A stretch of DNA of 64,000 nt from Thermodesulfobacteriota bacterium (GTDB lineage: Bacteria > Desulfobacterota > Desulfobulbia > Desulfobulbales > SURF-16): positions 96,001 to 160,000 of the forward strand of contig JBFMAY010000002.1 in NCBI GenBank assembly GCA_040755455.1. Direction: 5' to 3'. The notes below the pieces were generated by a model. The model was given only the letters and a program-made list of their open reading frames with translations, ran no database searches and was not told the origin of the DNA. Position 1 is the first letter of the stretch, and each line of letters starts with the position of its first letter. The position numbers and the translations under genes are program-made. Positions 11,164 to 21,879 of the stretch are shown piece after piece.

Positions 11164-12347
11164 TTGTTGCTTACGTAGACGCCTTTTCCGGCATAAGCGG
11201 CGATATGTTTCTCGGCGCCCTGCTCGACGCCGGCCTGCCCGAAGAAATCCTCAAAAAAGAACTGGCCGAACTTGCCCTGGACGGCTACCAGCTGCACGCC
11301 GCCAAAACAGAACAGCGCAGCCTGTCCGCCACAAAAATCAGCATCACCATCGCACATGACCACCAGCACCGCACCTTGCGCACCATCAGCAAACTGCTTG
11401 ACAACAGCGCCCTGCCCCCTGCGGTAAAAGAAACATCCCTGGCCGTTTTCAACGCACTTGCCCAGGCCGAGGCCCGGGTGCACGGCTGTGCGCCAGACGA
11501 GGTCCACTTCCATGAGGTCGGCGCGGCGGATGCCATCATTGATATTGTCGGGGCGGCCATCGGGCTGCATTACTTCGGCATTGAGCAACTTATCGCGTCC
11601 CCCCTGCCCCTGGCCCAGGGCTGGGTCGACTGCGCCCACGGCAAACTGCCCCTGCCGGCCCCCGCCGTCTGCGAGCTGGTCAAAGGTCTGCCGGTTTATG
11701 GCACGGAGCTGGCTCAGGAGCTGGTCACCCCCACCGGGGCGGCCATCCTCAAAGGATGCTGCCGCTCCTTCGGCCCTTTCCCGCCCATGAAAATAGAGCG
11801 GGTGGGATACGGGGCGGGCAGCCACCAGCTGGCGGACGGCCGTCCCAACCTGCTGCGGCTGGTTATCGGTACTGCCGCCCAGGTGACGGAAGCCCAGGAG
11901 GTGGAGGTCATCGAGACCCACCTTGACGACTGGCAGCCGGAGGGTTTCCCCTTTCTCAGCGAACAGCTTTTTGCCAGGGCCGCCCTTGACGTTGCCTTAA
12001 TTCCCATGCAGATGAAGAAAGGCCGGCCCGGCTTTCTCCTGCGGGTGGTGGCCGAACCGGCCGCTGCCTGGGAAATCAAGCGCTGCATCCTGACGGAGAG
12101 CACGGCCATCGGGCTGCGCTTTCACCGGGAAGGACGCTGGACCCTGCCCCGGGAAACAGGGACCGTTGCCACCAGCCTTGGGCAGATTGGCGTTAAAAAG
12201 GTGACAACGCCGGCCGGGGACATCCTGTATCCCGAATATGAAGATTGCCGCAGACTAGCTTTGGCAAAGGGGATTCCCTTACAACAGGTTTACCGGGAAG
12301 TCGCCAGGACGCCCCTGGAAAATTTCAGGAAAGAGGATCATGGATAA
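11160..12347 (+). CDS. larC: Nickel pincer cofactor biosynthesis protein LarC
   Basis: GISGDMFLGAL, His cluster HDHQHR, HFHEVGAADAIIDI, ELVTPTGAA, PEYEDC. Confidence 0.92.
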   Translation: MIVAYVDAFSGISGDMFLGALLDAGLPEEILKKELAELALDGYQLHAAKTEQRSLSATKISITIAHDHQHRTLRTISKLLDNSALPPAVKETSLAVFNALAQAEARVHGCAPDEVHFHEVGAADAIIDIVGAAIGLHYFGIEQLIASPLPLAQGWVDCAHGKLPLPAPAVCELVKGLPVYGTELAQELVTPTGAAILKGCCRSFGPFPPMKIERVGYGAGSHQLADGRPNLLRLVIGTAAQVTEAQEVEVIETHLDDWQPEGFPFLSEQLFARAALDVALIPMQMKKGRPGFLLRVVAEPAAAWEIKRCILTESTAIGLRFHREGRWTLPRETGTVATSLGQIGVKKVTTPAGDILYPEYEDCRRLALAKGIPLQQVYREVARTPLENFRKEDHG

Positions 12348-12795
12348 ACTGATCATGGCCATTGCCTCGGGACTCTACACCGGCTACCTGCCCATAGCGC
12401 CCGGCACCTGGGGCACCCTGGTCGCCTTCCCCCTGCACTTTCTGCTCATCCGCCTTTCCCAGACAGGCTATTACGCTGCCCTGGCCATTATTTTTACTGT
12501 GGCGGTCCTGGCCGCCGGCAGCGCGGAAAAGATTCTCGACCGGGGCGATCCCGGCGTGGTGGTCATCGATGAGATCATCGGCATGCTCATTGCCCTGATC
12601 GGTGCGCCGGTGAAAGCCGTGCCCATGCTCATCGCCTTCTTTCTGTTCCGTTTTCTTGACATCCTCAAGCCGTTTCCCGCCGGCTGGGTGGACGCCCATC
12701 TGAACGGCGGACTCGGCATCGTCCTCGATGATGTGATAGCAGGCATCTATACCCTGCTCGTCATGCAGGTGTTCAAGATCTGGCTGCACTGGTAG
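12340..12795 (+). CDS. pgpA: Phosphatidylglycerophosphatase A
   Basis: APGTWGT, DPGVVVIDEIIG, FRFLDILKP, GIVLDDVIAG. Confidence 0.95.
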   Translation: MDKLIMAIASGLYTGYLPIAPGTWGTLVAFPLHFLLIRLSQTGYYAALAIIFTVAVLAAGSAEKILDRGDPGVVVIDEIIGMLIALIGAPVKAVPMLIAFFLFRFLDILKPFPAGWVDAHLNGGLGIVLDDVIAGIYTLLVMQVFKIWLHW

Positions 12796-12880
12796 CTGCC
12801 GGGCGAAAAGATATTCTATGAAGATTTTGCCGCAAATAAGGGCTCAAGCTGTCTTTTCGAAAAAAAACATTCCGCCTACG

Positions 12881-13924
12881 TCAAAGAACCCATTTGTGCC
12901 CTAATGCAGGGGCCAGCTCATTTTTGATCAGCTCCTGAGCCCGGGAAGAGAACGGATAACCGATGACCTCAGGCGCCGGTTCCGCCATGGCCCTGAAAAC
13001 CGCCATGACCGATTCCTCCAGATACTGCAGGTTATACCCCCCTTCCAGGACATACATAAGCTTGCCCGCGGAATACGTCCGGCTGTAATACTTCAGGGCG
13101 CGGGTCACCGTGGCGTACCACTCCGTGGAGAGACAGAGCCGGCTGATGGTATCATGGATATGCCCGTCAAAGCCCGCGGAAACAAGCATGATCTGCGGCT
13201 GATACTGGCAGATGACCTCCTGCAGCACCCTGCCGAGCAGACAGCTGTACTCACTGTCGCCAAAAGAGGGATAGACCGGAATATTGATGTTGTAGCCCGT
13301 TCCCCGGCCGGCGCCCACTTCGCCGATCAGTCCGGACCAGGGGGGAAAAAGGTTGGCCTGGTGGATGGAAAACACCAGCACCCGGTCATCCTCATAAAAG
13401 ATCTCCTGGGTGCCGTTGCAGTGGTGGGCGTCGAAATCAAAGATCAATATCCTTTCCAGTCCGTAATGGTCGCGCAGATAAGCAGCCGTTGCGGCAATAT
13501 TGTTAAAAATACAAAAACCCATGCCTCGCCCCGGCTCGGCATGGTGCCCCGGCGGCCTTATCAGGGCGAAGCCGTAATCGATATCATCAGCCAGCAGGGC
13601 GTCGGCCAGGGTCAGGCAGCCGCCTACGGCCAGCCCTGCCGTATGAAAAGAGTCCTCCATCAGGTAGGTGTCCTTGTCATAGGCAAACTGGTTCTTCCCC
13701 ACGCAGTGGTTGCGCACCTGCTCCAGATAAAAACTGGAATGAATGGCCAGCAGTTCTGCCATGGTTGCTGAGCGTGGCGGATAAAAGCGAAGGATATCCT
13801 GGAATTCCGGCCTGCGGATATTGAAATAGATCCGCCGGAGCCGCTCGGGACATTCCTGCACCGGATTAAAGGCGCGATGATCATAAAACTGCGCATCCGC
13901 GATAATGCCGATCTTTTTGGTCAT
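12881..13924 (-). CDS. Zn-dependent histone deacetylase-family (HDAC/APAH-like) deacetylase
   Basis: ECPER, RPPGHHA, GMGFCIFNN, DFDAHHCNGTQ, SAGFD, EGGY all intact. Confidence 0.93.
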   Translation of the reverse strand: MTKKIGIIADAQFYDHRAFNPVQECPERLRRIYFNIRRPEFQDILRFYPPRSATMAELLAIHSSFYLEQVRNHCVGKNQFAYDKDTYLMEDSFHTAGLAVGGCLTLADALLADDIDYGFALIRPPGHHAEPGRGMGFCIFNNIAATAAYLRDHYGLERILIFDFDAHHCNGTQEIFYEDDRVLVFSIHQANLFPPWSGLIGEVGAGRGTGYNINIPVYPSFGDSEYSCLLGRVLQEVICQYQPQIMLVSAGFDGHIHDTISRLCLSTEWYATVTRALKYYSRTYSAGKLMYVLEGGYNLQYLEESVMAVFRAMAEPAPEVIGYPFSSRAQELIKNELAPALGHKWVL

Positions 13925-13990
13925 CTGCTATCCTGACTCAGCCGGGAACCATGGCGACAAGGGCGCCTCCCCGCCCCGGCCCCCTCATGT

Positions 13991-14536
13991 CTAATATATA
14001 TAGCCATGCAGTCTGTCATATTCCGCCCTGGTCAAACGGTACAGCTTGCCGCTTCTCTCCTGGCCCAGATCACTGTAAACCTGGCTGTCAAGGAAGGTGA
14101 ACCCCATTTTTTCCAGACAGCGCTGCTGGGCCACATTGCCCTGCTCGGTATGCATTTCCACCTGCCCGTAACGGCAGCAGTCGAACAATCTCTTCACCAG
14201 AATGATCTGGGCTTCGGTTCCATAGCCCTGCCGCCGCCGCTCCGGCAGACATATCTGCAGCGAGACGAGAGCGGTTCTGCTGTCCGCCGGCTTTTCCCAG
14301 AAACGGATGAGGCCGATCAGTTCGCCCTGCCGGATGCCGATGGTATAGGCCCTGGCCCGGTCATTCCAGTAAAAATGACTGGCCATTCTCTCCTGAAATT
14401 TTTCCGGGGTAAGCTTTTCCTGGGACATGAAGCGGCCGGCAGCCTGCGGACAGTTGCTGCAGTGCAGGATAAAGTCCATATCATCCGGCCCGAACTTCTT
14501 CAGCACCAGCCTGGATGAATAGATGACATCCAGCAT
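13991..14536 (-). CDS. GNAT N-acetyltransferase (RimJ/RimL/SpeG-like)
   Basis: Acetyl-CoA motif RRRQGYGTEA and N-x-A-x-x-x-x-x-E-K-x-G-F; start at ATG of MLDVIYSSRL. Confidence 0.85.
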   Translation of the reverse strand: MLDVIYSSRLVLKKFGPDDMDFILHCSNCPQAAGRFMSQEKLTPEKFQERMASHFYWNDRARAYTIGIRQGELIGLIRFWEKPADSRTALVSLQICLPERRRQGYGTEAQIILVKRLFDCCRYGQVEMHTEQGNVAQQRCLEKMGFTFLDSQVYSDLGQERSGKLYRLTRAEYDRLHGYIY

Positions 14537-14549
14537 GCTGCCGTTGCCG

Positions 14550-16934
14550 TCAGCGATCACGGTCTTCCGCACTGGTGGCCAGGGCCAGCTTCTGGGAAGA
14601 GGTGACGATCTGATCCAGAATCTGGACCACGTCCTTAACCGCCGAGGCAATATGGCTGGTCAGATCCTGATTATGCACCGAGGAATCGACCACCTCCTTG
14701 ATATTGCTCCGCACCACTTCACTGTTTTCGCTGATGAGCTCGGCTTTATGGGTGACATCGGTGACCGAGGCGGAGATCCGGTTGATGCCGCCGGTGATTT
14801 TCTCAATTGCCCCCAGGGCCTCTTTAATAACATCAACCCCCTCGCTCAACTGTTTCACCCCATCCTTCATGGAGCTGATCGTTTCCTTGGAATCATCCTG
14901 GATTCCATTAACAATCTTGGCGATATCCACCGCCGATTTTGAGCTCTTTTCCGCCAGTTTCCGCACCTCATCGGCCACCACGGCGAAACCACGCCCGGCA
15001 TCGCCGGCCCTGGCCGCCTCGATGGCGGCATTAAAGGCCAGCAAATTGGTTTGTGAGGCGATATCCTTGATAATGTCGATAAATTCCGAAATTTTACTTA
15101 ACTGCTTAGCCAGCTCACCGACATTGGCGTTGTTGATCAGCATGGATTCATTGATCTTGGCCAGACGCTGCATGGCCTTACCCGCCGCCTCTCCACCCAC
15201 CTTGGCATCAGTGGTCACCCCGCTGGATATTTCCGCCGATTCACTTGTGGCACGCAGCATCTGCTTGACACAGCTGATCATCTCGTCAATGGTGCCACTG
15301 GAGTTGGCCAGCAGCTGCACTTCCTTATCAATGGATGAATCCATGGAGGTGATGCTGGTGGAAACATTCTGCATTTCCGTCTTGGATGCAGTGGCAATGC
15401 CGGTCAGTTTGACAACCTCATCACTGGCCTTGGCCACCCGCTGCCTGGCTGCGGTTTCGGCGGTGATATCAAGGACGAATTCCAGGGCACCCTCGATATT
15501 GCCCTTGGCGTCCTTGATCGGCGCGCCGGTATATTTGATGGGAATCTCCACCCCTTCCCGGGGCCGGGCAATGGTTTCCTCATGGACCACCCGGTCCTCC
15601 CTCATGGCCCGCCCCACCGCGCATTTATCGGTGCGGCAGTGGGAGGTCTTGAACAGGTCATAGCATTTGCGGCCGATGGCCTCCTCGGGCGTAAGTCCCA
15701 GAATCGACGCCCCGGCGGGATTCATGAAGGTGACGTTAAAAGCCGTATCAACGCTCATCACCGGCGTGGGCAGGGCGTTGAGGTTGTTGATCTTCTGCTG
15801 GGCCGCGGTGCGCTGCCGCACCTCCTCCGTCACATCAAGGACAAACTCCAGGGCCCCCTCGATATTGCCCTTGGCGTCCTTGATCGGCGCGCCGGTATAC
15901 TTGATCGGGATGATCACCCCTTCCCTGGGACGGGCAATGGTTTCCTCGCTGACCACCCGGTCCTCCCGCATGGCCCGCCCCACCGCGCATTTATCGGTGC
16001 GGCAGTGGGAGGTCTTGAACAGGTCATAGCATTTGCGGCCGATGGCCTCCTCGGGCGTGAGCCCCAGGACCGCGGCCCCGGCGGGATTCATGAAGGTGAT
16101 GCTAAATTCGGTATCAACGCTCATCACCGGCGTGGGCAGGGCGTTGAGGTTGTTGATCTTCTGCTGGGCCGCGGTGCGCTGCCGCACCTCCTCCGTCACG
16201 TCCAGGACAAACTCCAGGGCCCCCTCGATATTGCCCTTGGCGTCCTTGATCGGCGCGCCGGTGTACTTGATCGGGATGATCACCCCTTCCCTGGGACGGG
16301 CAATGGTTTCCTCGCTGACCACCCGGTCCTCCCGCATGGCCCGCCCCACCGCGCATTTATCGGTGCGGCAATGGGAGGTCTTGAACAGGTCATAGCATTT
16401 GCGGCCGATGGCCTCCTCGGGCGTGAGCCCCAGGACTGAAGCCCCGGCGGGATTCATGAAGGTGATGCTAAATTCGGTATCAACGCTCATCACCGGCGTG
16501 GGCAGGGCGTTGAGGTTACTAATCTTCTGCTGGGCCGCAGTGCGCTGCCGCACCTCCTCCGTCATATCAAGGACAAACTCCAGGGCGCCCTCGATATTAC
16601 CCTTGGCGTCCTTAATCGGCACGCCGGTGTACTTGATCGGGATGATCACCCCTTCCCTGGGCCGGGCGATGGTTTCCTCGCTGACCACCCGGTCCTCCCG
16701 CATGGCGCGCCCCAGGGCGCAGCGGTCTGTTTTGCAATGCGGCGTCCTGAACATATCAAAGCATTTGCGGCCAACCACCGCTTCGGGGGTAAGACCGAGA
16801 AGCGAGGCCCCGGCGGGATTCATAAAAGTGATATTAAAATCCGTATCAACGCTCATCACCGGGGTAGGCAGCACATTCAAATAGGCTGTTTGCTCGCCGC
16901 TATTCCTGTCTTTTTTTGTAGCTGCTGGGCACAT
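14550..16934 (-). CDS. Soluble methyl-accepting chemotaxis protein with four tandem PAS domains
   Basis: Hairpin tip [40 protein letters not shown]; four 122-aa PAS repeats; no TM segment; AAAGGAG SD before ATG 16934. Confidence 0.93.
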   Translation of the reverse strand: MCPAATKKDRNSGEQTAYLNVLPTPVMSVDTDFNITFMNPAGASLLGLTPEAVVGRKCFDMFRTPHCKTDRCALGRAMREDRVVSEETIARPREGVIIPIKYTGVPIKDAKGNIEGALEFVLDMTEEVRQRTAAQQKISNLNALPTPVMSVDTEFSITFMNPAGASVLGLTPEEAIGRKCYDLFKTSHCRTDKCAVGRAMREDRVVSEETIARPREGVIIPIKYTGAPIKDAKGNIEGALEFVLDVTEEVRQRTAAQQKINNLNALPTPVMSVDTEFSITFMNPAGAAVLGLTPEEAIGRKCYDLFKTSHCRTDKCAVGRAMREDRVVSEETIARPREGVIIPIKYTGAPIKDAKGNIEGALEFVLDVTEEVRQRTAAQQKINNLNALPTPVMSVDTAFNVTFMNPAGASILGLTPEEAIGRKCYDLFKTSHCRTDKCAVGRAMREDRVVHEETIARPREGVEIPIKYTGAPIKDAKGNIEGALEFVLDITAETAARQRVAKASDEVVKLTGIATASKTEMQNVSTSITSMDSSIDKEVQLLANSSGTIDEMISCVKQMLRATSESAEISSGVTTDAKVGGEAAGKAMQRLAKINESMLINNANVGELAKQLSKISEFIDIIKDIASQTNLLAFNAAIEAARAGDAGRGFAVVADEVRKLAEKSSKSAVDIAKIVNGIQDDSKETISSMKDGVKQLSEGVDVIKEALGAIEKITGGINRISASVTDVTHKAELISENSEVVRSNIKEVVDSSVHNQDLTSHIASAVKDVVQILDQIVTSSQKLALATSAEDRDR
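15466..16880. repeat. Intragenic tandem repeat, about 4 x 366 bp (PAS modules)
   Basis: Anchor tcaacgctcatcaccgg recurs at 15748, 16114, 16480 and 16846 (period 366). Confidence 0.95.
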
Positions 16935-16971
16935 TGCCGTCTCCTTTACTTCTTTTTGTTTTAAATTCCTG

Positions 16972-18456
16972 TTAACAAGGTTTTTCACTACCAAATTCCA
17001 GATAGTTGCCGATTAAATTCTCAACATTGATCACCAGAACGCTTTCGCTGATATCGTCCTCCGTGATCAATTCAATGGTCCGGTCAAGGATGTCCTGGCG
17101 GGGACGCAGTCTGGGATTTAAGGCCGGGGTATGAAAAAATTTTTCCTGTTTCTGGATGGTGACGATATCATCCACTGCCAGGGCAACCCTGCCTTCCGCC
17201 GAGCGGGCGATGATATATTTATCGCGGCCGGCCCCTCCATCGTCTACCGAATCATAACCGAAAAAAAGACGCAGGTTGACCACCGGCACCATCTGCCCGC
17301 GCAGATCGATAATTCCCGACAAAAAACCTCCCATGGCCGGAACCGGTATGATTCGGCAGTTCTCCAGTATCTCCTGGACATCGTGGAGGGCAATGGCGAA
17401 ATCCCTTTCCACCTTGAAAATCAGATAGCTGTTTCCGGTGATCAGATGTTGGGAATGACTCGCTGCCACTTTCTTGTCTTCGTCCATATCGGAAGACATG
17501 TCAGCCACCCGGCCCAGCTCCTCAAGCTCGCCGGCCAGCATTTTTCCCATGTCCAGCAGCATGATATCGCGGCCGGAGGCGAGATGCAGCATGCCCGTCA
17601 CCCCGGCCCCCTTCCCTGTTTTCGCGCAGGGGACGGGCACAACCTCGGCTGTTGCAACGGAGCGTATTTCCTGAATGCCGTCAACGATGATGCCGCAATA
17701 TATTTTTCTGACCAGCAGAATGATCACCCGGCTCTGCTCGGTGAGAGCGATCTTTCCCTTTGCCTCGGTCAGCAGGAGTTTGCTGTCAATGACCGGGATC
17801 ATCCGGCCCCGCATTTCCACCGCCCCCTCGATACTGCCGCTCTGGAAGGTGTCATTCAGCCCGGAGAGGGTGTTGATCTCCTGCACATCGCCCACATCGA
17901 CCCCGTATTCCATGCCGTTGCAGGTAAAAACAAGATATTGCCGGCGCTGCTGCGCCGTTATGCCGGCGGACAGCTGTTGCCCTTCCTCAATCTCCGGCCC
18001 GGCCACGCTCTCATCCCCGGCCGCCTGGCCAAGCAGCAGGTCCAGATCGAGAATCTCCAGCAGGCGCCGGCCGTCATCAAGCCTGATAATGGCTGAAACT
18101 ATCCGGTCTTCCCCCTGGAGGCCCGGCAGAACGGGCTCAATCATCTCCTGGCCGACCCGCAGCACATCCTTGATGTCCTCCACGAGAACGCCGCAGCGCG
18201 TGCGGCCCAGCCGGACAACCGCTATTCTATGATCAGGGCCGTAATCACAGTCAGCCATGGCAAGCCGCTTTTTCAGATTGATGACGGGAATAACCCTGCC
18301 GCGCAGGTTCATCAGCCCATAAAGATAGGCGACGCAGCCCGGTACCGGCAGAATCTTGTCAGCAGCCTTGATTGCCTCCACAACCCGGTCGGCGGGTATG
18401 GCAATCTCGATATCGTTGTTAAGGATGAAGGTTGCAAAAAGTTGTTCCTTTCCCAT
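16972..18456 (-). CDS. cheW: Chemotaxis coupling protein with three CheW domains
   Basis: Three copies of the CheW core: [45 protein letters not shown]. Confidence 0.9.
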   Translation of the reverse strand: MGKEQLFATFILNNDIEIAIPADRVVEAIKAADKILPVPGCVAYLYGLMNLRGRVIPVINLKKRLAMADCDYGPDHRIAVVRLGRTRCGVLVEDIKDVLRVGQEMIEPVLPGLQGEDRIVSAIIRLDDGRRLLEILDLDLLLGQAAGDESVAGPEIEEGQQLSAGITAQQRRQYLVFTCNGMEYGVDVGDVQEINTLSGLNDTFQSGSIEGAVEMRGRMIPVIDSKLLLTEAKGKIALTEQSRVIILLVRKIYCGIIVDGIQEIRSVATAEVVPVPCAKTGKGAGVTGMLHLASGRDIMLLDMGKMLAGELEELGRVADMSSDMDEDKKVAASHSQHLITGNSYLIFKVERDFAIALHDVQEILENCRIIPVPAMGGFLSGIIDLRGQMVPVVNLRLFFGYDSVDDGGAGRDKYIIARSAEGRVALAVDDIVTIQKQEKFFHTPALNPRLRPRQDILDRTIELITEDDISESVLVINVENLIGNYLEFGSEKPC

Positions 18457-18762
18457 ATCCGCTTTTCCCTTAACGCAACTCCCTTTATCCGCCAGGAGAC
18501 ACTGGCAGAATTGTCAGTATTTTCCTCATAATTACAGTAAAAATTATATAGAAATAAATTTTGAAAGAGAATTTATTTTTTGCAAGGAGGAGGCGGGGGA
18601 TGGGAAGTTTGCCGGGATAATTATGCGGTATGCGATGGCGGAATCGTCCATGCCACCTTGTAGCACAAGGGATTGAAAAGGATAGGGGCTGCTTTTCCCG
18701 GAAAAGGGCTTCCTTTATTTTTTTTGCATCAGGCGGCGGGAAAAAGGAGGAAGGGGAATTTT

Positions 18763-19491
18763 TTATTGCCCCAGGGCCGCGGCAATCTCATCCTGCAGGC
18801 CGGTGATGACCCCCAGGGGATCGGCCGCCCTGGTGATGGGTCTGCCCACCACCACGTAATCGGCGCCATTGGCCACGGCCTTGCGGGCGGTCATGATGCG
18901 GGTCTGGTCATCGCCCCCGTCGTCAATATTGGCGCCCGGCCGGATGCCGGGAGTGACGATCAGCAGCTTTTCGCCCAGTCCCTGGCGCAGCCTGGCCGCC
19001 TCAAGCCCGGAGGAAACCACCCCGTCGCAGCCGAGTTCCAGGGCCCGTCTGGCCCTGAAGTACACCAGATCCTCGATGCTGCCGGTCATGCCCATGGCCC
19101 GCATGTCCTCTTCGCCGAAACTGGTCAGCACCGTCACGGCCAGAATTTTCAGAGCGTTATCATTCCCGCTCCTGGCGGCAAGGGAGGCGCGGATAATCGG
19201 ATCATTGCCGTGCACGGTGGCAAAGGTCACCCCCCGGTCCTGCAGCTGCATCATGGCAAGCTTGACGGTTTCCGGGATATCAAAAAATTTGAGATCCACC
19301 ATCACCTTGTGGCCCCGGTCGACAATCCAGTCCACCATGTCAAACCAGCCAGCCAGAAACAGCTGCAGACCCACCTTGTAAAACTTTATTTTCCCCTCTG
19401 TTTTCCTGACCCATTCCTTTGCCGTATCAGGCTCCTGGACATCAAGTGCCAGGATAATCCGTTCGTCCAAGGGGATGTTTTTATCTTTCAT
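18763..19491 (-). CDS. pyrF: Orotidine-5'-phosphate decarboxylase
   Basis: ILALD, DLKFFDIPETV, VTVLTS, TPGIR, VVGRPI. Confidence 0.97.
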   Translation of the reverse strand: MKDKNIPLDERIILALDVQEPDTAKEWVRKTEGKIKFYKVGLQLFLAGWFDMVDWIVDRGHKVMVDLKFFDIPETVKLAMMQLQDRGVTFATVHGNDPIIRASLAARSGNDNALKILAVTVLTSFGEEDMRAMGMTGSIEDLVYFRARRALELGCDGVVSSGLEAARLRQGLGEKLLIVTPGIRPGANIDDGGDDQTRIMTARKAVANGADYVVVGRPITRAADPLGVITGLQDEIAAALGQ

Positions 19492-19515
19492 TTGCCACCG
19501 AAATAAAATTAAAAA

Positions 19516-19543
19516 TTGATAATTAAGGTTTGACCGTTATAAT
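19516..19543 (+). promoter_or_regulatory. Putative sigma70 promoter for amn
   Basis: TTGATA-N16-TATAAT in AT-rich divergent intergenic region. Confidence 0.45.
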
Positions 19544-19634
19544 AACCGATACCGGCCCCGCCGGGAATTGGAAATTAACATTACACAGCCAGCCGCAGCC
19601 ACACTGCCGCTGACCATAAAAGGGATACTCCTTC

Positions 19635-20408
19635 ATGAGCTCATTGCTGCGCCCGGACAATTATGCCCGTCACACCCTGGAACGCTATACCGGTTCTCCG
19701 ATCAAGGAGTTCTGCTCCCACATCCTGGTCTGCAACTTTCACCGTTACATCAGGTCCTTTGCCCAAATTACCGGGAAACAGATTCTCTCCAACAACTGGA
19801 GCGTGGTGCATGACCATGACACCGATATCTCCATCATCAACTACGGGGTTGGTTCACCCTCCGCCGGCATTGTCATGCACTGCCTCTCCTTTCTCGATGA
19901 ACTGAAATGCGTGCTCATGCTGGGCATGTGCGGCGGCATCGATGATGCCCTTGCCATCGGCGACCTGCTGCTGCCCACGGCCAGCATCAGGGATGAGGGT
20001 ACCAGCGCCCACTATCTGCCCAAGGACGTTCCCGCCCTGCCCACCTTCGGCATGAACCGGGTGGCGGAAGAGGTCATCATGCAGGAGGTCAACAAGGTAC
20101 CGAAATCAGGCATCATGCATACCACGGACTACCGCATGTGGGAATTTGACAATGACTTCATTGAGTACATCCTCAAGCACCGCATCATCGCCATTGATAT
20201 GGAAATCGCCACTATCTTCTCCGTCGGTTACGCCTTGAATGTCCCCACGGCGGCCCTCATGCTGGTTTCGGATCTCCCCCTGAAAAAGGGTGGGATCAAA
20301 AGCAAGGACAGTGCCTCGGTGGTCTTTGAGAACTACACCGAACAGCATCTGGATATCGGCATTAAAATCATGAAGGAAGTCAAAAGACAGAACTATCCCA
20401 TCAGGTAA
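19635..20408 (+). CDS. amn: AMP nucleosidase (short PNP/UDP phosphorylase-family type)
   Basis: LERYTG, GVGSPSA, IRDEGTSAHY, IDMEIATIF, LVSDLPL. Confidence 0.8.
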   Translation: MSSLLRPDNYARHTLERYTGSPIKEFCSHILVCNFHRYIRSFAQITGKQILSNNWSVVHDHDTDISIINYGVGSPSAGIVMHCLSFLDELKCVLMLGMCGGIDDALAIGDLLLPTASIRDEGTSAHYLPKDVPALPTFGMNRVAEEVIMQEVNKVPKSGIMHTTDYRMWEFDNDFIEYILKHRIIAIDMEIATIFSVGYALNVPTAALMLVSDLPLKKGGIKSKDSASVVFENYTEQHLDIGIKIMKEVKRQNYPIR

Positions 20409-20413
20409 AGATC

Positions 20414-21214
20414 GTGCTCCGTATTGATTTCCACGCCCATGCCTTCCCGGATGCCCTGGCGGCAACCACAATCCCTTTCCTTGAACAGAAGGGCTCCGTG
20501 CGCGCCGCACTCGACGGCAGGGTGAGTTCCCTGATTAGCTCCATGGATAGCGCGGGCATTACCCAAAGCGTGGTCTGCTCCATTGCCACCCGGCCGAAAC
20601 AGTTCCGCTCCATTCTCGACTGGTCGCGCTCCATCCGCAGCGAACGGATCACCCCTTTTCCCTCCTTTCACCCTGAATCGCCCCAGGCCTTGGCTGAGAT
20701 TGACGAAATCCACCGGGAGGGCTTTCAAGGCATCAAGCTGCACCCCTACTATCAGGATTTTTTTCTTGACGAACCGCGGCTGCTGCCGGTCTTTGCCCGC
20801 ATAGCCGATCTCGGCCTGATCCTGGTCATGCATACCGGTTTTGATATCGGCTTTCCCCGGGAGCTGCGGGCTGATCCCGCCAAAATCGCCGCGCTCATGC
20901 GGCAGTTCCCGCGGTTGAAATTCATCGCCACCCATCTCGGCTCCTGGCAGCAATGGCAGGAGGTGCATGAGGAGCTGGTCGGCACCGATGTCTATTTCGA
21001 CATCGCCTTTTCCCTGGAATTTCTGCCAAAGGAGTTGGCAAGAAAGATTATCCTGAACCACCCCGCTGACCGGGTGCTGTTCGGCTCGGATTCGCCGTGG
21101 GCGGCCCAGCAGGACACCATCGGGCTGCTGCGGAGTCTGGAACTGGGACCGGAAAGAGAAGCGCAGATCCTGGGGGAAAACGCGGCAAGGCTGCTCGCTT
21201 TGGCTGGTGGCTGA
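20414..21214 (+). CDS. Amidohydrolase family 2 metal-dependent hydrolase
   Basis: IDFHAH, GIKLHP, MHTG, THLG, FGSDSPW, GENAARLL; GTG start. Confidence 0.88.
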   Translation: MLRIDFHAHAFPDALAATTIPFLEQKGSVRAALDGRVSSLISSMDSAGITQSVVCSIATRPKQFRSILDWSRSIRSERITPFPSFHPESPQALAEIDEIHREGFQGIKLHPYYQDFFLDEPRLLPVFARIADLGLILVMHTGFDIGFPRELRADPAKIAALMRQFPRLKFIATHLGSWQQWQEVHEELVGTDVYFDIAFSLEFLPKELARKIILNHPADRVLFGSDSPWAAQQDTIGLLRSLELGPEREAQILGENAARLLALAGG

Positions 21215-21220
21215 TTGGCG

Positions 21221-21247
21221 GTACAGGGGCGGTTCGCGCCCCCCTAC
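21221..21247 (-). repeat. GTAG-type REP-like palindrome
   Basis: Minus strand begins GTAGGG, followed by GCGCGAACCGCCCCT hairpin, between convergent genes. Confidence 0.5.
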
Positions 21248-21253
21248 GTCTCC

Positions 21254-21835
21254 TCACTTCTTCCCTCTCGCCTCATTCACATCGCAGAACACCCGGCCGC
21301 CGACCCGGTAGGCCCCGCTCTCCAGGTTATAGCTCATACCGGTGCCGCGCACTGTAGTATCCTTGCTCTTGAAAAAGATCCCGGCAGCGGTTTTCACCGT
21401 TTTGTACGGGATCAGATAACGCAGCGCATCGGCACGCAGTTCATATTTGTTTTTGGCAACAACAGCGGCATTCTCCACCAGGGTGAGAATCTGTTTATCA
21501 TCGTCATAAAAGCCTTCGCCCCCGGTGATATGCGCCCTCTCCCTGCCTTTGGCATAGAGCGTGGCGTCGACATTCTGCAGATGAAACGAATCCTTGCCCC
21601 GGCGGCCGCTCTGCACCCTGGCGGCACTCAGCACCAGATCGGCCTGGCCGTTTTCATAGCGGCTCAGCTGCACATCGGTCAGGATAAAACTGTTATCCTG
21701 CACCGGATCGCCGGTTTTCACCTTGAGATGACCATGGGGCGAAAGAAATTCTTCCACCCCTGGTTTCCAGACAGGACTGGTCACCAGCAGGGTCAAGGGA
21801 ATAATCCATAGGAGATTGCGGGGGCCGGAAAGCAT
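21254..21835 (-). CDS. lptC: LPS export ABC transporter periplasmic protein LptC
   Basis: N-terminal TM anchor, beta-jellyroll-like body, VRGTGMSYNL; downstream of kdsA-kdsC. Confidence 0.8.
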   Translation of the reverse strand: MLSGPRNLLWIIPLTLLVTSPVWKPGVEEFLSPHGHLKVKTGDPVQDNSFILTDVQLSRYENGQADLVLSAARVQSGRRGKDSFHLQNVDATLYAKGRERAHITGGEGFYDDDKQILTLVENAAVVAKNKYELRADALRYLIPYKTVKTAAGIFFKSKDTTVRGTGMSYNLESGAYRVGGRVFCDVNEARGKK

Positions 21836-21879
21836 AAAAACATCAATGTAAAATCAGCATATTAACGACGGGGATCATT

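Noticed and set aside
15466..16880. Possible CRISPR array or DGR template/variable repeat
   Set aside because: Contiguous in-frame 366-bp coding repeats without spacers; no cas or reverse transcriptase gene; differences look mostly synonymous
14698..16884. Set of repeated 120-321-aa ORFs on the + strand
   Set aside because: Antisense by-products of the PAS tandem repeat
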